Below are positions 19,960 to 30,274 of a DNA stretch of 64,000 nucleotides, in pieces. Origin of the DNA: Patescibacteria group bacterium (GTDB lineage Bacteria > Patescibacteriota > WWE3 > UBA101185 > UBA10185); NCBI GenBank assembly GCA_026004595.1, contig BPJL01000008.1:13383-77382 (forward strand). The letters are read 5' to 3'. Position 1 is the first letter of the stretch, and each line of letters begins with the position of its first letter. The notes beneath the pieces were generated by a model that did no database searches, had not been told where the DNA came from, and saw nothing but the letters and a program-made list of their open reading frames with translations. The position numbers were made by a program, and so were the translations under genes.

Positions 19960-21640
19960 CACGTTAAACCCTTTGTCAACTTCGTTTTTAAAAAATCTAT
20001 GTCTAGTGATAAACTTTGATCAAAAAACGTCAAAAACATGATTTTTTATCCCATTAATTCCCGTTGAGAAAAGCATGTTTTCATGGCCACTAGATGGTAT
20101 ATACTGCTTGTTTTTTACAAAGTGTTATAAGAAACTAAGATAAAAAACACACGGGATGATTCTGGTGATAATTGGTCTTTGAGAAACATTTGATAGCTTT
20201 AAACCCTTAAACAAAACTTGTATCAAGATTCTTCGAGGCATGTTTCGTTAAAACTCTTTCTAAAACAGTCTTTTAAAACATTTGTTGTCAGTGATAAAAC
20301 TTGATGAAAAAACGTTAAAAACATGCTTTTTTATCCCAGTTTATCCCGTTATAAAAAGCATGTTTTTATGGCCACTAGATGGTATATACTACTCGTTTTT
20401 TACAGATCTTTTTTAAAAAATAAGACATAAAACAACCCGTGATATAGTCGGTGATAATTGTTACGCAAAAAATGCTTGTTGAGATTTAAACCCTTAAACA
20501 AAACTTGTATCAAGTGATTCTCCTTATCTTACGTTAAACACTTTCTTAAAAAGTCTTTTTAAAAAATCTATGTCTAGTGATAAACTTTGATCAAAAAACG
20601 TTAAAAACATACTTTTTTATCCCAGTTTATCCCGTTATAAAAAGCATGTTTTTATGGCCACTAGATGGTATATACTGCTTGTTTTTTACAAAGTGTTATA
20701 AGAAACTAAGATAAAAAACACACGGGATGATTCTGGTGATAATTGGTCTTCAAGACACGCTTAATAGGCTTTAAACCCTTAAACAAACTTTGATCAAGTG
20801 ATTTATCTGAGCATCACACGATAAACCCTTTCTAAAAAAAGCTTTTAAATAATCTGTTATCAATGATAAAACTTTGATCAAAAAACGTTAAAAACATACC
20901 TTTTTATCCCAGTTTATCCCGTTATAAAAAGCATGTTTTTATGGCCACTAGATGGTATATACTACTCGTTTTTTACAGATCTTTTTTAAAAAATAAGACA
21001 TAAAACAACCCGTGATATAGTCGGGTTTAATTGATTCGCAGGATACGCTCATTGGGCTTTAAACACTTAAACAAACTGATTCTTCTAGGCACGTTTAGAT
21101 AAACACTTTCTTAAACAGTCTTTTGAAAAAAACCTGTCCGTGATAAAACTTGATTAAAAAACGCCAATTTATCCCGCTGTATCCCGTTGTAAAAAGCATG
21201 ATTTTATAGCCACTAGATGATATATACTACTCGTTTTCACGCAAGTGTTACAGACCTTTTAAAAAAAATAAGATATAAAACTCACGTGATATAGTTGGGC
21301 TTAATTAGTATGCTATAAACGTTTAGTACACGTTTAGTTGGCTTTAAACACTCAAACGAGTTTTTATCAAGTGTCTCACCGAGGAATGTTTTGATAAACA
21401 CTTTCTTAACGATTTCTTAAACAGTCTTTTAAATTTTTTTCGAACGGGATAAACTTTGATCAAAAAACACCAAAAACATGCTTTTTTATCCCTGTTTATC
21501 CCGTTGTAAAAAGTATAATTTTATAGCCACGTATATACACTCACAAAAAATAAGATATAAATCACACTGGATATAGTCGTTGATAATTGGTCTTTGAGAC
21601 ACGCTTAGTGAGCTTTAAACATATTTCTATAAGACTTTGC
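19960..21640. repeat. Non-coding tandem array 1: six copies of a ~285-bp unit
   Basis: GCCAC(TAGATG) core at 20086, 20371, 20657, 20944, 21209 and 21526. Conserved GATAAACTT(T)GATCAAAAA, TATCCC-N-TCCCGTT and AAAAGCATGTTTT blocks. No ORF in the track. Confidence 0.95.
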
Positions 21641-21719
21641 TTCGTCAACATGTGTTATATAGATGCTTGACTGTATCACCTAGCATATTTCGATAACAAA
21701 AAAATATATTCAGACTAAA

Positions 21720-22457
21720 ATGGCAATTAGAATCAAACTACCAGAAGATTCTTCTTACTATTTTTCTGGAAAGAATATAACTCGGGATATCGCTGACTAT
21801 GACACGTCTGAGGTAATAAACATGGAGGGGATATTCTCTGGAGCTACTTTCGTGGAACCAATCGATCTTTCTTCTTGGGATGTATCGAATGTGATAAACA
21901 TGAGTAAGGCCTTTATTTTTACAAGAGGGTATTCTCCAGACATATCAGATTGGGACGTATCAAACGTGAGAGACATGAGCCATATGTTCCACGATTCAAC
22001 ATTTAACGGTGATATTTCTTATTGGGATACATCAAACGTAAGAAATATGAGTTATATGTTCTATAACTCAATATTCAATAGAGACATATCACGATGGGAT
22101 GTATCTAATGTAACAGACATGAGTTATATGTTCTATAACTCAATATTCAATAGAGACATATCACGATGGGATGTATCTAATGTGACAAACATGAGTTATA
22201 TGTTCTATAAATCAAGATTTAAAGGTGATATTTCACGTTGGGACACATCGAACGTGAGAGAAATGGAATATATGTTTTTTCACACAAGGGATGCATCCAG
22301 TTGTGATACACTATTAGATGAAATAGCTGATGAACCAAGCCCAATTATTTGTTGGAGAGATATTAGTGAAACATCTGATGATGAACCAATCCCGATCAAA
22401 CGTTCAAGAGAATATGATCCTAGCTATCACAGTCCTTACAAATTTAAAAGGCTATGA
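21720..22457 (+). CDS. DUF285/BspA-like tandem-repeat protein
   Basis: 24-aa units; near-perfect 72-bp DNA duplications starting at 22047, 22119 and 22191. Confidence 0.9.
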   Translation: MAIRIKLPEDSSYYFSGKNITRDIADYDTSEVINMEGIFSGATFVEPIDLSSWDVSNVINMSKAFIFTRGYSPDISDWDVSNVRDMSHMFHDSTFNGDISYWDTSNVRNMSYMFYNSIFNRDISRWDVSNVTDMSYMFYNSIFNRDISRWDVSNVTNMSYMFYKSRFKGDISRWDTSNVREMEYMFFHTRDASSCDTLLDEIADEPSPIICWRDISETSDDEPIPIKRSREYDPSYHSPYKFKRL

Positions 22458-23837
22458 ACACTTTCTGATACACTTTTTGACTGCAAACCCTTTAACTGTT
22501 TCTGTTATCACTTCACCGTTGCATAGAACACAGGTTAACAACGAGCCACACGGTGGATTACACTTAGTTGGATCTATTCCAGTTATAAAACCGTGATCAG
22601 TATCCGTTATAGACCGTTTGTTAACACACAGATATTCTATTTTAGATGTGATTCTAGGATAATAAATACAGTTTTTACTAGCGGCTGTGGTTATAAGAGT
22701 GGTAAGTGGTACAAGTCTACTAGGAGGTGTTTGTATGTTTGGACAGTTACTTGTTTTTAAGTTTAAGATGTATTTATCACACATCAGTTTAACGTTTCCG
22801 TACAGATTGTTCAGTGATAACAAAGTACTGGTTAACTCGTCAATCGTTACACCGGTTTCACAACTTGAGGTTGATTCTCCATTAAAAACTATATTTTTAA
22901 ACTTTAAATATGAGTCGGACACGTGAGGAGAAGTACCGGATAGATAGAAAAAACCCTTACCATCTTCAACGGTTACCATTTCAATGAAATGTCTTCCATC
23001 GGTTAATTCGTGATAGGGAACATCTTCAGTAACTGTTCCAGAAGCATCTAACAGCAACCTTGAATCAACTTCACACATGACTTTAACCTCTACCTTTTTG
23101 GTTCCTATTAAACTTTTCACACTCGGTGAGGTGTTAACTTTAAACTTGCTGATTTCATCAGGCGAAGAAAGTTCCAAGAGTAGATCTGTTTGCGAACCAG
23201 CTGATCTGTACACTCGTAATAATATATCCTTTATTTTTAGCGTTTCATCATATGATACAAAAAACATAACCACATAATCTTCAGGGGTTACACTGATAAG
23301 AATAATTGTGACAAGACCATCAAGCCTTCTGACAATTACATCGCTAAAGTCATGGTTCTTTGTGGAAATAGTGATTTCACCAGGTATCGTTATTTGGAAA
23401 TCGATATCTGGTATATCACCCTTATCCTTACACAAATCACCATTATCTACTAACGTGATGCTTATATATAAGCTTTTAAACACCACTTCAACCGTTGAAG
23501 GTGGATTATTTAAAGTTTGTAAAAAGTTAACACGATTGTTGTTTTTGTCAGTGAGTGTTATCGCTGTTACAAATCTCTTCACCTTTTCGATCGTGGATGC
23601 TGTTTCGATTGGTGTTATCTTTTTCCAACTGTTTTCTACTGTGTCACAGTGAATGCTAAACAGGTCTTCTTCTGATTTTATTGTTGGCCTAAGAAAACAG
23701 TTTCCTTTTTCATCAACTTCACTGCATGGTATGTCTGTTGCTGGTATGTCTGCTATGTCTTCTGTTGGTCTGTTTGTTACTGGTATCCCGCAAGTTAAGC
23801 ATACTTTTATTATACAAAGTGCTATTATGATTATCAT
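22452..23837 (-). CDS. Putative secreted or virion-surface Cys-containing protein
   Basis: Likely start MIIIIALCIIKVCLTCG (signal-peptide-like); beta-rich body and Cys-rich C-terminus. Confidence 0.65.
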   Translation of the reverse strand: MIIIIALCIIKVCLTCGIPVTNRPTEDIADIPATDIPCSEVDEKGNCFLRPTIKSEEDLFSIHCDTVENSWKKITPIETASTIEKVKRFVTAITLTDKNNNRVNFLQTLNNPPSTVEVVFKSLYISITLVDNGDLCKDKGDIPDIDFQITIPGEITISTKNHDFSDVIVRRLDGLVTIILISVTPEDYVVMFFVSYDETLKIKDILLRVYRSAGSQTDLLLELSSPDEISKFKVNTSPSVKSLIGTKKVEVKVMCEVDSRLLLDASGTVTEDVPYHELTDGRHFIEMVTVEDGKGFFYLSGTSPHVSDSYLKFKNIVFNGESTSSCETGVTIDELTSTLLSLNNLYGNVKLMCDKYILNLKTSNCPNIQTPPSRLVPLTTLITTAASKNCIYYPRITSKIEYLCVNKRSITDTDHGFITGIDPTKCNPPCGSLLTCVLCNGEVITETVKGFAVKKCIRKCS

Positions 23838-23853
23838 GTTTTTTATATAAACT

Positions 23854-24663
23854 TTATATTTTTTCTCCATTTAATATTTCACTTAGTCTTAGACCTTTGA
23901 TTTCTCTTGGTACACCCCACAACTCAGGGTCTTTGAATTCTTCCAGTGGAAAGTCTTTGCTTATTGCTCTAAAGAAAAGACTCCAGTAAGTTATTTCAAG
24001 TCCGTTGCAGATCTTCAACAGGTTTGAGAAGTAGCCACTAACCTGATCAAGTGCTCTTATGAAGATTTTCTTTTCCGTGTTTAACCTTTTTATCAGGTCT
24101 ATGTTTTCTTGGGTTATTTTAGTTCTGTCTAACGCCATTTCAATGTGTAAGTCATTAGCCTTGTTTTGTAGTCCATAAACAATCTCTTCTATGATCTTTG
24201 CCAGCTTTGTCATCTCAAACGAACAGGTTGATGTGTACGATGAAAGTTTCTCTATTTTCTCCATCGAGTGCTGAAGCTCCTTAAGTACTATCCTTGAGTA
24301 TGCGTCAGAAGTACGGTTAGAGCAGCAAGTATCCTTCGCCAGTGGAAAGATACCTAGGTAAATCACTCGTTTTTCGTCTTTATTTGTTAAAACTGTTACC
24401 CTTTCATTGACATTTATGATGTAAATTTTTGATAACATGTCGACGACGATGCCATCGACATAGTTTCTAACCTCTCTCATCACGTTTATCAGCTTGAACA
24501 CCTCTTCCTTACACTCATTTTTAACGAACTTTAAAGCCTTTTTTCTTAGATCTTCGTTTTTCAAGGCATCCTTCTCTATAAAAACTGGATCACCGTAGTC
24601 ATTGTAAGTTTTGATGTAAAGTTTACCACTTGATTCTATAACTTTAACTATCTCGTTATTCAT
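23854..24663 (-). CDS. Hypothetical protein
   Basis: 269-aa ORF with helical C-terminal half. Confidence 0.65.
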   Translation of the reverse strand: MNNEIVKVIESSGKLYIKTYNDYGDPVFIEKDALKNEDLRKKALKFVKNECKEEVFKLINVMREVRNYVDGIVVDMLSKIYIINVNERVTVLTNKDEKRVIYLGIFPLAKDTCCSNRTSDAYSRIVLKELQHSMEKIEKLSSYTSTCSFEMTKLAKIIEEIVYGLQNKANDLHIEMALDRTKITQENIDLIKRLNTEKKIFIRALDQVSGYFSNLLKICNGLEITYWSLFFRAISKDFPLEEFKDPELWGVPREIKGLRLSEILNGEKI

Positions 24664-24692
24664 TTCGACTTAAACAAAAACTCTAAGAAAAA

Positions 24693-25145
24693 TCATTTGA
24701 CCTTTGGTACTGGAAGCTTATCAGTATCAAGCAGTTTCTCTGGTATTGTTATGTCAGCGATAGGTTTAAAGGGTACTATTTTTGGAGACTGAGTTTTTTT
24801 TGTGCTTTTCTTTTTTATACACTCTTTGCATCTTAGTTCTTCTTTGCTTTTTGCCTCTTCAGTGTTAACCGCCGGAAGGCAGCAGTAGTAACCCTTAAAC
24901 TGTCCCCTTTTCGGCTGGTAAGCACAGACTCCACTCTCCTTTTCGTATTCCTCCTCACTTCTCCACCTACCGTTTGCTGGCTGTGATCTCTTTTTACTTA
25001 TCGACGACTTTAAGATGGTCTTTATCTCCTCCGCGCTTTTTCCCCTTATCTTCTCTTGATTGCTGCTATCAGAGAGAAACTCTGCTATACTGTCAACCAT
25101 GTCATTAAAGAACGCTAAGCATCTGTTGTAAAAAGCTGTCTCCAT
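24693..25145 (-). CDS. Basic protein with a putative Cys4 zinc-binding motif
   Basis: CAYQPKRGQFKGYYCC...RCKEC and Lys-rich tail. Confidence 0.6.
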   Translation of the reverse strand: METAFYNRCLAFFNDMVDSIAEFLSDSSNQEKIRGKSAEEIKTILKSSISKKRSQPANGRWRSEEEYEKESGVCAYQPKRGQFKGYYCCLPAVNTEEAKSKEELRCKECIKKKSTKKTQSPKIVPFKPIADITIPEKLLDTDKLPVPKVK

Positions 25146-25174
25146 ATTTGCTTTATGATCATTTTACAGTGGTT

Positions 25175-25438
25175 TCAATCATCTATGTATATGGGAACAT
25201 CGTCTGAAAAAATCTTGCTAAGAAGATCCTCTGTTTTATCATCATACTTGACTCCTAGAAAGTGCTTGTTAAACAGCATACTTTTAATGTTTTCCCTTTG
25301 ATCAGATGGAAACAGATCACTTTTCTTGACTAACTCTTCTTCTATTTTTTCCAATAGAATTTTTTTACAGGTTGTTAAGGGTTCAAGTCCGGGATAAGGC
25401 TTTTCTCCAAGGGTAAAACCTTTTGGTAATTCGCTCAT
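25175..25438 (-). CDS. Hypothetical protein
   Basis: Likely start MSELPK at 25438. Confidence 0.55.
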   Translation of the reverse strand: MSELPKGFTLGEKPYPGLEPLTTCKKILLEKIEEELVKKSDLFPSDQRENIKSMLFNKHFLGVKYDDKTEDLLSKIFSDDVPIYIDD

Positions 25439-25461
25439 TTTTTTAAATGTTAACTTAAAAG

Positions 25462-25689
25462 ATGACTTCAAACATGTATTATGTCCTTTTAACTGTACTT
25501 TTGATAATGATCTTCAGTGTTCTAATCGCTGACACCATATACTTCTTTATGCTAAAGCAGGATGATAACACAGTTAGTCAATCAGAACTAAAAAACATGT
25601 TCGTCTTTAATCTTCTATTGACAGTTATCGCTGGGGCTACTATAGTTTTTGTTATGGTAACAGCAACATCTAAATGTAAATTTAATTAA
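25462..25689 (+). CDS. Small two-helix membrane protein
   Basis: Two hydrophobic segments. Confidence 0.55.
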   Translation: MTSNMYYVLLTVLLIMIFSVLIADTIYFFMLKQDDNTVSQSELKNMFVFNLLLTVIAGATIVFVMVTATSKCKFN

Positions 25690-25700
25690 CTAAACTGAAA

Positions 25701-26207
25701 ATGAGAACTCTGTGCTTCTTTACTCACGAAAGGTGTCCTTACTGTAAACATCTTAAGCAAAGATTAGACAGTGATAAAGAATTCGTAAAGAAACTGATGG
25801 TTTTTGACCGTCTTATCAACATACATTTCACTGATCTAAGTGAAAGGAAAGCCTTTTTAAGGGACTTTAACAGTTCCGAGAAAAGAGAGATAACAGTAGA
25901 CCAGGACTTCTTCAGAAAGTATGTTAAGTTCTTTCCATCAGTTGCAATTTTTGACGGAAAGGTGATGGGTGATCACAACGAGATCACTTCTGCTGTAATT
26001 GACGGCTATGACCTGGAAAACGACACGAAAACCAGTTCCACAAGGGACCCTGTAACATTTGCTCGTAGCTACGTGGGAAAACCACTTAAACCCCTGTCGT
26101 CCATAGACATCAAGGTGCCACCCGGTGTGCTTTCTGAAGCAAAAGAAACCGTTTCCGATGAAATACTAAAACAGGACCTTATAACAATCTTTGAAAAGAC
26201 TAAATAG
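25701..26207 (+). CDS. Thioredoxin-fold protein
   Basis: N-terminal CPYC and cis-Pro-like VKFFPSV. Confidence 0.75.
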   Translation: MRTLCFFTHERCPYCKHLKQRLDSDKEFVKKLMVFDRLINIHFTDLSERKAFLRDFNSSEKREITVDQDFFRKYVKFFPSVAIFDGKVMGDHNEITSAVIDGYDLENDTKTSSTRDPVTFARSYVGKPLKPLSSIDIKVPPGVLSEAKETVSDEILKQDLITIFEKTK

Positions 26208-26222
26208 AAACGTCTTTATAAA

Positions 26223-27710
26223 ATGGAATCAGTGATAAGAAAATACACAGATGAAAAACCAGTAGTTGTAAACGGGCTAGAGACCGTAGAAGATGATTCG
26301 GTTGTAATCGTGCAACCCGGAAATAATAACTCACTCGAGGCCATTTTAGAAAACTATAGCAATGCGTCTATGGTTTTTGTTATCGGCGACAAAATGGACA
26401 TAACAGAAGTTGATGGGTGGACTATTAAGGAGGAAAAATACAGAACAGGCAGGGGATACAAAAAGATCATAGTCTGTTTAAGAGAAACGGTTTCTTTAAA
26501 GGAAATCGCTTCTGAATCAAGCAAGCTAATTCACTCTAGCCACAAGGTTCCCAACAAGTTTGCTGAAATAGTAAAGGGTATAAAGTTAAGCTCATATGAA
26601 GATACAAAGAGCAACAAAAAAAAGAACCGCTTTGAGTCCTTCGTCGAGTCCATCCCCCAGGAAATAAAGGTTGAAAAAGAAAACAGAGTCGCCTGGGTAA
26701 AGGCTTTAAGAAAACATCTTTCTTCACTGTTAAAACCGATAACAGACGATGTTTCAAGTCTACTTGACGGCGAAAAGACAAGAGTCTGGATGCAAGCCTT
26801 TATACACAGCAGCTATGATCCAGAGTTTAACTATGAAAGACTCGAAACACTAGGTGATAGCATATTAAAGTACGTTTTTAGAAAGTATCTGTTTCAAAGG
26901 TTTCCAAAGATAAGCTCTGCTCAAATAACAAATTTTGACACCTATTATATGTCAAAAAACTATCAAGCATCAATCTCAAATAAACTTAAACTTAACCTTT
27001 TTCTTTTAACAAAAGATGATATAAACTCAATGTCTATTTCTGAGGACCTTTTCGAGTCTTTTATCGGAGCGCTTGATGTTGTAGGAGACATGATAGATTT
27101 TGGCTTCGGTTCGGTTCTTGTGTTTAAGTTTATTCGTTTTATATTTGATGACGTAGAGTTCAATGACAAGCGAACTGTAAACCCTAAAACATTTATAACA
27201 CAGACTGCTTCTAGGCTTTGGGGAGTTGATTCGATAGCAAAAGTAATTGGCAAAAGGGATGACAGGTACGTGTGCCGTTTTAATTTTAATGAAGACGTCA
27301 ATCAGTTCTTTGACTCGCTTAAAATAAAGCTCCCCGTGATTGAAGGCGAAGGTTCAACTGAAAAGGGTGCTACAGTCGCAGCTTACCAAAACTTTTACAA
27401 CTTTCTCCTCAGAAAGGGTATCACAAAAGACGTTGTTGACAAGATTAAAGCTAGAATGGACCTGCTTTCGTTGAAAGAGAGCAACAGTGAACTTGTTGAA
27501 AAAGCGATAAAGAAGTCACTAAGCCTGTACCGTTCAGCTGACATAAGGTTTATAAACAATCATTCTACTAATAGTTTAAGAAGCAGAATGATTGAAATGG
27601 TTGTTGTAAAGCCAAGTGGAAATATTGTCCTTATTGACTCGGTTAACGAAGAAAGAAATGTTACTAGAGAAACAATGTGTATTAACCTTTTATCAAAGTT
27701 TGTTTCTTAA
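26223..27710 (+). CDS. Ribonuclease III with N-terminal extension and dsRBD-like region
   Basis: AFIHSSY, NYERLETLGDSIL, SEDLFESFIGAL, then NPKT...GEGSTEKGA. Confidence 0.92.
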   Translation: MESVIRKYTDEKPVVVNGLETVEDDSVVIVQPGNNNSLEAILENYSNASMVFVIGDKMDITEVDGWTIKEEKYRTGRGYKKIIVCLRETVSLKEIASESSKLIHSSHKVPNKFAEIVKGIKLSSYEDTKSNKKKNRFESFVESIPQEIKVEKENRVAWVKALRKHLSSLLKPITDDVSSLLDGEKTRVWMQAFIHSSYDPEFNYERLETLGDSILKYVFRKYLFQRFPKISSAQITNFDTYYMSKNYQASISNKLKLNLFLLTKDDINSMSISEDLFESFIGALDVVGDMIDFGFGSVLVFKFIRFIFDDVEFNDKRTVNPKTFITQTASRLWGVDSIAKVIGKRDDRYVCRFNFNEDVNQFFDSLKIKLPVIEGEGSTEKGATVAAYQNFYNFLLRKGITKDVVDKIKARMDLLSLKESNSELVEKAIKKSLSLYRSADIRFINNHSTNSLRSRMIEMVVVKPSGNIVLIDSVNEERNVTRETMCINLLSKFVS

Positions 27711-28642
27711 TCATCAAAACTCTCACTGAGAAACTGTTTTAGACTGACGTTATCGTCCTCTTTTCTTCTAAAGCCGCTTTCAAAATATTCTATCTCTCTT
27801 TTTAATCTTTCGTAAACCTCTTTGTTCTCCTTGTATTTATTTAGGGTTTCTGTCTGAAGAGAACGTGTACCAATTGGTGTTATCGAAGTTACAACAGCTG
27901 ATATAACGTCATACTGCATAACAACTTTTCCTCCTCCAATGTACAACTGCTTAAAAACAACGATTGGTATATACTCAAAACTTGCACTCTCAAGTATTTC
28001 CCATGGTATCGTCTTAAACGGTTCTCCTGTTTTGTCTTCTACTGGTGCTTTAAATACACACTCTCTTCTTTTTGGTGTTCCAGGTTCTCCAAAGCACCTT
28101 AAAGGCATATACTTAGATGGGTTGCTTCCCTTTATCACTTCACTTGTGTTTGGATCCCTTGGATAATAGATAGGAAATGCAAACATTCCAGGCATTGCTT
28201 CTTTCGATGGTAGTTTTTTGACTGATGGGATCTGTGATCTAAGTTCCCAGAGTCTGTTAACAAACCAGTCATACAAACTTGTCCAAAAACTGTTTTTGTC
28301 TAATGAGCAAAGCTTTGCACAGTCCTCATTAGACATATCGAAAATGGTAAAGACGTGAGCTGTTTCACCATTTCCATACATGCTTTTTCTTCTTATTATG
28401 CCCGACGGAGCACGAAGCTTTGGAAGCTCTACTGCCAAAGGGGCTACAACTTTTACCTTTTCTCCACGTACTTCTTTATCATACTCATATTTTATCGGCA
28501 GAATCTGGTACTGAACGGAGTCAATTATTTTGCTGGGATTGTTTGGATCCTGTCTTGCTTTGGAAGTTCTTGTTTCTGGTTCCGTTTTTACCATACGTTT
28601 TATGTCAAACTTATCCCAAGTTATAAACTCACTGATTTCCAT
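27707..28642 (-). CDS. Putative ssDNA-binding protein (DUF2738-like)
   Basis: PLAVELPKLRAPSGI and IPIVVFKQLYIGG..MQYDVISAVV pattern with an acidic tail. Assignment by recalled similarity only. Confidence 0.6.
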   Translation of the reverse strand: MEISEFITWDKFDIKRMVKTEPETRTSKARQDPNNPSKIIDSVQYQILPIKYEYDKEVRGEKVKVVAPLAVELPKLRAPSGIIRRKSMYGNGETAHVFTIFDMSNEDCAKLCSLDKNSFWTSLYDWFVNRLWELRSQIPSVKKLPSKEAMPGMFAFPIYYPRDPNTSEVIKGSNPSKYMPLRCFGEPGTPKRRECVFKAPVEDKTGEPFKTIPWEILESASFEYIPIVVFKQLYIGGGKVVMQYDVISAVVTSITPIGTRSLQTETLNKYKENKEVYERLKREIEYFESGFRRKEDDNVSLKQFLSESFDD

Positions 28643-29497
28643 TTAGATAAATCTAACACCATTTAAACAATCAATTTGAGTCAAAGATGTTAACAGCCTC
28701 TTGTTTACTGGTATTTCTCTAATGAACCTTCGCAAATAGTACTCAACAAGCTGTTCACTGTCAATAATAAAAAGGCCATCTTCTCCTGTTTTGAATTTAA
28801 TATCAACGTTGTTAACGAAAACGTTGTCCATTATCTCCCTTACTCTTTCGGTAACGGTAAAACAGCTACTGATGTTTAACTGCATCTTCGCCTTAGCCCA
28901 ATAAATACTGGCTTTTTTTTCCAAAACCAACTGTGTTATCTTGTACACTGATTGTTTGCCGATAAAGAAACCGTGATTACACCCGTAAATCGATGCCAGA
29001 AAAACGTATTCTATTATTGGTATCATTTCAACGGCATAATCAAACAGGTTATCGATGAGATCATGTCTTACTAGACCCTTAAGGGCGACTGCTGCAATAA
29101 TTGGAATAAAATTTTCTGGGCAATCATAGTTTTTCACGATGTGGTTGATTCTATTGTTAAAAATCTTTGGTGTTTTAACAACTTCGCCGTTGATAAGCTG
29201 AAGTATTATAATCAGTATCGTTCTTTCCTCGTCTGTTTTCTCTAAAAGACTAAAGTAGGGTATTAAACCCTCTGGTATTTCGTACAGTTTACCGGCTTCA
29301 AAAAGAGCTACTGCCTTTAAAAGAGCTTCTCTACTGTTTTTCTTTAAAAGTTGAAAGTGGTTTTCCATCTCATCTGTCCTTGTGAACTCATACAGTTCAA
29401 AAATTAGGTTAACTGTATCTGAAATCACCTCGTCAAGTGTCACAAACTCTTTCTTTTTAGTGTTTATCGGAAAGAGTGCGTCTCTGATAAACTCCAT
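28643..29497 (-). CDS. Hypothetical protein
   Basis: 284-aa ORF in a tightly packed minus-strand run. Confidence 0.65.
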   Translation of the reverse strand: MEFIRDALFPINTKKKEFVTLDEVISDTVNLIFELYEFTRTDEMENHFQLLKKNSREALLKAVALFEAGKLYEIPEGLIPYFSLLEKTDEERTILIIILQLINGEVVKTPKIFNNRINHIVKNYDCPENFIPIIAAVALKGLVRHDLIDNLFDYAVEMIPIIEYVFLASIYGCNHGFFIGKQSVYKITQLVLEKKASIYWAKAKMQLNISSCFTVTERVREIMDNVFVNNVDIKFKTGEDGLFIIDSEQLVEYYLRRFIREIPVNKRLLTSLTQIDCLNGVRFI

Positions 29498-29499
29498 TT

Positions 29500-30240
29500 T
29501 TATTGGCGTGAAAAAATGTCCTTTACTTCGTCGTCTTGCATAACACCCGTTATGGTTCCAATTATGTCGTCTGGGTTTTTAATGTTCTTTATCACCTTCG
29601 AGACTATCTTACCAATGTTTTCTATCATCTTGTCGTCTATCGTAGAGGAGATCATCCTTTCGACTTCGTTTGGATCAACGTTCTCCTCTATGCCCGCCGA
29701 TTTGATCACTGATGAAATTATTTTTCCAAGTCCAGAAAAACCACTCCCAACACTCGAACCTTCGCTCACCAACAAATCATTTGGTAAAATCTCTTTGATG
29801 CTTTTAACATTGTTTTCTAACTTCTTTTTATTTTCCTCATCAGTGGCAACAAAAGTCATGATGGAATAGAGATGATAAAGTATCTGTGCTGGATATGAAC
29901 CGTTTTTCTCGTCTCGTTTAGTTAGTTCAATCGCCGTGTTGTAAACAGTCGACAAGGGAAAGCACTTGTCCTCGTAAAGCAGTCTATGTCTACCACTCTT
30001 AAGCCACGCGTCCTTCACTCGGATTGTGTCGTCATTTTCACTGAAGATTTCGTCAACAAGGTTATCGGTGTTGTTAAGGTAAAACTCTTGGAATGACTTC
30101 TTCAGCACCGAATAGTCATCGTGTACAGAGGCCTGTAACGCGGTTATCTCAGTTAACCATTCAGCCTCTTCCTTGTTAATTTTATCATGAATGTTCTTAC
30201 TAATCTCGATAAGAGCTTTTATATGTTTCTCAAAGTCCAT
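29500..30240 (-). CDS. Hypothetical protein
   Basis: 246-aa ORF, TAAATG start. Confidence 0.65.
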   Translation of the reverse strand: MDFEKHIKALIEISKNIHDKINKEEAEWLTEITALQASVHDDYSVLKKSFQEFYLNNTDNLVDEIFSENDDTIRVKDAWLKSGRHRLLYEDKCFPLSTVYNTAIELTKRDEKNGSYPAQILYHLYSIMTFVATDEENKKKLENNVKSIKEILPNDLLVSEGSSVGSGFSGLGKIISSVIKSAGIEENVDPNEVERMISSTIDDKMIENIGKIVSKVIKNIKNPDDIIGTITGVMQDDEVKDIFSRQ

Positions 30241-30274
30241 TTAGAAGTTTATTTATATGTAAATCAAAATCAAA

